A DNA stretch of 64,000 nucleotides from Okamejei kenojei. Lineage: Eukaryota. The notes under the pieces are model-generated. The model did no database searches. It worked only from the letters and a program-made list of their open reading frames with translations, and was not told where the DNA came from. Made by a program: the position numbers and the translations under genes. The stretch covers positions 19,840,001 to 19,904,000 of the forward strand of contig CM069164.1 of assembly GCA_035221665.1 (NCBI GenBank). Reading direction: 5' to 3'. Shown here one piece after another: positions 58,642 through 64,000 of the stretch (positions within the stretch are counted from its first letter, which is position 1; each line of letters opens with the position of its first letter).

Positions 58642-61600
58642 TGGGGACGGAATTTTACCAGAAACTAAATGCGTAACCCTTAAAAGAATCCAGTGATATG
58701 CCGTCTGTGCCTGATCCTTAATTGTTTGTATTTTGAGAAGTGAAAGGATGACTTCTTTGATACAGTCGGCCAAACTCTGTCTGTTGCACAATGCACTATA
58801 TTCACAAGGGAGTTTCTACAGTGTTGATTGATGCAGTTACATTTAATTTGATGTAAATCATTGTTTAAAACATGCAAAAAGCACCTTTACATGTAACAGT
58901 AAAATCACTATGCCTCTTAATATTTTGCATTAATTAATGCAATCAGCTAATAAGCTATTCTGGATAATACTGCCTCTGATTTGCTATAGGGCAATGATTG
59001 GCAGTTTTGTGGTTGGTTTAGATTCCATTCTCTGCTTACAATAAGAGAATATAGAATATTTTTCGTTTTTCTTGATTGCGCCTAGAATCGAGCTCATAGG
59101 GAGAACAAGGCAAATCACTTACAGAAGGTCATTCATATTAGAGATTGTTTTAAGATGCTAACACAAACTCTGCTGGTGTACAAATGTAGCACTGGACAAT
59201 CTTTTCTAAAGGGGATTTCATTTTTTTGTACGAGCCATAATGGGGAAGGCAAGGAGAGAGTCGATATTTGTCAGTCGTGGTCTCTCTTGCTTCAAGTTTT
59301 CTTTATCTGCTACATATTGCATGGTTTTAAAATCGTTCCAACAGAAGTCACTCTAAGGAAATGTGTAAAAATAGATATTCAACATGTAAAATATCAGTAA
59401 TTTTTTTTAAAAGCAAGTGAATAAGCTAGTTTTTTTTTGACCAAATATACTTCCTGACAATTGAGAAAATTGTTTCAAGTTGGCTTGGAGACAATAAAGG
59501 TCTTGCTAGAATAAAGAAGTTACAAGTTCTCCGTGATCTCTTTAACCTGTCAGTAAAATCAGCACTATATTCACCTTTAGTGATTACCATTTTGTTTCTG
59601 AATTCCCTAATGCTGAATAATGCACCCAATCATTGTTATCTTATCTTCAATAATATCTTCAAAATTATTTGGTCAAATATTGTCAATGATGTAGACAGTA
59701 GCAAAGTTATTTTTCTCAAGGGGACCAATATTCAGAAATGGGAGGAGGGGGGGGATTTTAAAACATTTTGGAAGAAGCCAAATAACTTTGGTATTGTCAT
59801 ACTTGTTTTTTTTTGTATAATTTAAACACTGACTATTTTTCTTTAGTATCATGGTAAGCTGTTCCAAATACATTGTTCTCTGGGCACTGTTGCAGGAGCA
59901 CTAAATTTTGACATTGAAGGAAAATTATCTGAAGGATCATTTTATACTGTTTCAGATTAGTATTGTCACTCTAATAATGTAGCTGTTTTGTAGATTTTTA
60001 ATACATTTGACCAGTTTATTTATTTGAATAACTCTAATAGAGCACCCTTAGAGTGCTTGAAGCAGTTATGTATCTAGAGGAAGATCCACACCTGTCAGTA
60101 ACTAAGGAGGAAGAAAATAAAGCATTTAACCTGTTTACTAAGACATAAATATTTATTCATTGTGAAGCAATTTGTTAAATTATTTTGAGATGGGCAGCCC
60201 AGAATATCTATCTTTTGCGTTTTGAAAGAATCATGTTGCACTTAGACGTTTCCCTTTATCAAAAATTCTTTACCAGGGACAGATATAATGAAGTTTGTTT
60301 GGGGAGATTTCATTGAACTGCCCAGATGTATTGTGAATTAGCTCACATTTCTAGTGCATGATAAATCTAGTAGATCATATTATAAATGTCATACAAATGC
60401 TTATGTAAAGTTGTATTTTCCTCACCAAAATATGTTGATATTAAAAGTACCAGGATTTAAAATATGTATGGATCTAATTATTTGCAACCCTGTCCAAGTA
60501 ATTACTTGTGATTTTTACCATACTGCTACAGGGGCTGCAGTGGCATTTCTGTTGGGGGGTTGTGCGTAGTCTTGAGTCACAAGTGCAGGCTTGTTTGTGG
60601 TACCTTGACTGATAAACAGTCTAGTATGTTTCCTCGACTGTTTTAATATGCTAAATGTTTCACGTAAGGATTGTTGAAAAAAAATGCTCAGTCTTCTGAA
60701 ATGATTATGCTTTAAATATCACTTTGTTTTGTCTATTACAAGGATGGGTGTATTTGTGCTACTCTGCAACTTGAATTTTGCAGATTTTCTGAATGCTTCA
60801 CTGAAATTTGGTGCATTTGAGAGCATGACATTGAATATTTCTTTGTTCAAAGAAAGCTATATGTTGCCATTTGATCATTCACAATTGAATATTTGCTAGA
60901 CATGTTAATAATGTCAACTTTTGTGTTGGAGATTTAATCTCATACACCAGTGGGATTGGGTTTTATCATTTGTTTATTACAACAGGATGCACAATATACT
61001 TCAAGCCATTGTACATGTATATTCACCATGATTAACAACAGACAAGACAAGTACTGACCAGAATCTGTTACTTTCAATAACCTTTGTTGCACTGTCGCTT
61101 TGTTGTTTGTTTATTTTGAGACTTACTTACCAAAATACTGGTGAATTTAAAACAAATACACAATGGAAAAAGATGTAGATTTTGAATTTGCTCTCTAACT
61201 TTTGATGCCTCCTAAATCACAGCTACTTTTCCCATTGCTTTGGGTACCTGTACTGTTACAAATCGAGCATCTGGGAGTGTCTGCGTTTGGGTAGATGCCG
61301 ATTTCATGACATTCGGTGCCATTTTCTATATTCATGACCAAACTTGTATGTCGCATACTATCATAATGTGTGTGTTACACTTAGTGGGATCAAGTGAATT
61401 TTGACAGCCCTCCCTTTGGCAGCACAAAAATACTTTTATTGGCATTCCAACTATTTGATTTTAGTGGAATGTAGATTAATTTTCTTCAGTTTGTATTCCT
61501 GTCTTTATGTGACTGAATGTGGACAAAAGCAGTTAATTCTTCACAATATGTATCTTGTGCAGCTTGGGACAAGTGGGAGAGTAGCATAATGTGCCATAAT

Positions 61601-62235
61601 GTTAAAGATTCCATATTTACAGTAACAGATGAGGCATTATTTATAGTTTCATTAATTTTTTTTATTTAAATCCTTGACTAGGAATTGGGTAAAATTTGGG
61701 TACAAGAACTTCTAGGTTTTTGAAATCTTAAAATAGGAAGAAAAAAATGCATTGTATGTAATGTGAATTATGTAAACAGTAAAAAAAAATTAATCTATGG
61801 AAAACTGAACCGAAGTGTTTGAAATGAGGGAATAACTGGGGGAAAAACGTGTAAGAAAGTGTACTAAACGAGTGGAACATTAGTATCATTAACTTAATGA
61901 AAATCAGTAAAGAAAACCACTCTGCTTAATTACTGATGTTTACACCAGAAAACTGCAATGTACATTTGCTAACATGCCTCATTGTGGAAAAAAAACCCCT
62001 GTGTATTTGGTATGGAACAAGCATGGAATACTGAGTGGTATCAGATAGTCTCTGAAATATTTGCAATTAATTTTAGAATAAGGTATACCGTGACCAAATC
62101 AGCCCTATCAGCTGAACTGAACACCCATTAGTGCCTCATTAACCATCAGAAAGAATGAAATGTGGCTTTAATTGCAGTTTCACAAGTGAAACATTGAGAA
62201 TCATGTTACAATAAAACTTTGGTATCAATTAATGC
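58642..62235 (+). other. MINDY2: Probable MINDY2 3'UTR (~3.6 kb) with candidate distal polyA signal AATAAA at 62210-62215 (others at 59493, ~59510, ~60116)
   Basis: AT-rich, free of recognisable TEs from the stop codon to ~62500. Confidence 0.5.
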
Positions 62236-62519
62236 AAAATCTTCTGTTGCAGAATGATGTTAAAATTGGTAATACTCCAGACTGAAATAAAAACCCATTT
62301 CTTGCAATGACATGTGTTTGGCGTTGTTTCATTTGCACTTTCTTTGCAAAACGCCTTTCAGCATCATAGACAGTTTCTGCCTGGGTCCCACGTTCTTGTC
62401 CCAGAATTGCTACTGTAACCAGCATTCAGAACCAGCCCACTGGCTGCCTGACATTAGCCCTGCCCACCCATCACCCTGATGGGCATGTGACTGAAGCCTC
62501 ACCTGCCAGGCAACCCTGA

Positions 62520-62925
62520 TAGACACAAAAAGTTGGAGTAACTCAGCAGGTCAGACAGCATCTCTAGAGAAAAAGAATAGGTGACATTTCGGGTCAAGAC
62601 ATCTCCAGACAGACAGTCAGGGGAAAGGAAAATGAGATACAGATGGTGATATAGAACAAATGAATGAAAGATATGCAATAAAGTAACAATGATAAAGGAA
62701 ACAAGCCATTGTTAGTTGTGGACTAGGAGAAAACGAGTTACAATGAAACTCACCAGGACGATAGTAAAACTAGGGACTAGGGATGGAGAGTGAAAGTAAG
62801 GCTTATTGAAGTTGGAGAGATCAATATTCATACCGCTGGGTTGCAAAGTCTGGCCCCAAACATCACCCATTCCTTCTCTCCAGAAATACTACCTGCTCTG
62901 AGTTACTCCAGCATTTTGTGTCGAT
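62520..62925 (-). mobile_element. Penelope 3' terminal fragment with inverted partial terminal repeat
   Basis: Minus-strand family terminus at 62520-62610, GIY-YIG tail at ~62805-62845, plus-strand terminus at ~62855-62925. Confidence 0.65.
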
Positions 62926-63230
62926 CTCTGCTGGGTTGCAAGCTGCCCAAGAGGTTCTGATGCCCATTTGACAAGACACCCACCCACCATTCACTCTGCG
63001 CACCTGACAGCAGCCCCACCCACTTCCTGACATCTCACGGCCCCGTCCACTACCCAGACCTGTTGGACAACTAAAACCTCGCACTAACGTTTATAAATCT
63101 TGGAACAGAGAACATTAAAAGTTACAGGTGCCTAAACCATGATCACGTCCACTTTGGCCACATTTAACTACAGTCAGTTAGAATGATGCTTCATAGAAAC
63201 CTGTAACCACTGATCTACACCTTCTCCCTC

Positions 63231-63344
63231 ATCTCCATCCAGGGACCCCAGCAATCCATCCAGAGGACACCTCTCCCTATACCATCTCCATCCAGGGACC
63301 CCAGCAATCCATCCAGAGGACACCTCTCCCTATACCATCTCCAT
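63231..63344 (+). repeat. 53-bp tandem duplication at the start of a Penelope GIY-YIG fragment (to ~63550)
   Basis: 63231-63283 equals 63284-63336; downstream TTCCAGGTGAGACAGAGGTTCA resembles 8528-8550. Confidence 0.85.
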
Positions 63345-63634
63345 TCAGAGACCCTGACATTCCTTCCAGGTGAGACAGAGGTTCATGAGCACCTCCAACA
63401 CCAGCCACTGCACCAGGTTTTCCTGATGTGGTCTCCTATACATTAGTGAGGCCAAGCATAGATAAGGTGAGTTTCGCTGAACTTACACTCGATCCACGAA
63501 GGTCTACTGGATCTCCTGGTTGCAAAGCATTTTAACTCTTTCTCATTCTCACATTTTGTGCCTCTTCTCTCACCTCAGCCTTTTCTCATTTTTAGTTTTT
63601 GTTCACCCATTTGGTAATCAATTCCCTCACTTTA

Positions 63635-64000
63635 CGGTGCCCTCCATAATGTTTGGGACAAAGACCCATCATTTATTCATTTGTCTGTACTCCATAATTT
63701 GAGATATCTAATAGGAAGGAAAAAAATCGCATGTGGTTAAAGTGCACTGTCAGATTTTATTAAAGGCCATTTTTATACATTTTGGTTTCACTATGTGGAA
63801 ATTACAGCTGTGTTTATACATAGTCCCCCTCACTTCAGGGCACCATAATGTTTGGGACACATGGCTTCACGGGCGTTTATAATTTCTCAGGTGTGTTTAA
63901 TTGCCTCCTTAATGCAGGTATAAGATCGCAGCACCTAGTCTTTCCTCCAGTATTTGTAAACTTTTATTGCTGTTTATCAACATGGGGACCAAAGTTATGC
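63635..64000 (+). mobile_element. Third Tc1 copy: left TIR and transposase start (ATG 63982), runs off the window
   Basis: TA|CGGTGCCCTCCATAATGTTTGGGACA; matches the reverse complement of 26970-27346. Confidence 0.9.

Overview
Vertebrate genomic DNA. The repeat content (V-SINE/HE1-type SINEs, CR1, Rex/Babar, Penelope, Tc1) suggests a cartilaginous fish such as a skate or ray; this is inference. The window holds the complete 9-exon MINDY2 (FAM63B) deubiquitinase gene on + (CDS 11031-58641, 588 aa, all introns GT-AG with consistent phases, C-terminal CILL). Head-to-head about 7 kb upstream is the first, signal-peptide exon of ADAM10 on -, matching the human ADAM10/MINDY2 arrangement. Introns are dense with TE debris: three copies of one IR/DR Tc1 element, LINE 3' fragments, SINEs, a hAT MITE and Penelope GIY-YIG fragments. 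The most notable signal is a high-copy family of ~100-220 bp fold-back elements with 13-18 bp TSDs. They derive from the Penelope 3' terminus and carry a minimal hammerhead-ribozyme motif (CTGAAGA-A-GGGT-CTCG-ACCC-GAAACGTC). Also noted: an extra MIU-like motif N-terminal to the MINDY2 catalytic domain, a G-quadruplex motif upstream of the ADAM10 ATG, two candidate cryptic exons in MINDY2 intron 6, and an unexplained CpG-rich nested inverted-repeat block in ADAM10 intron 1. Repeat boundaries are approximate unless TSDs or TIRs are quoted.
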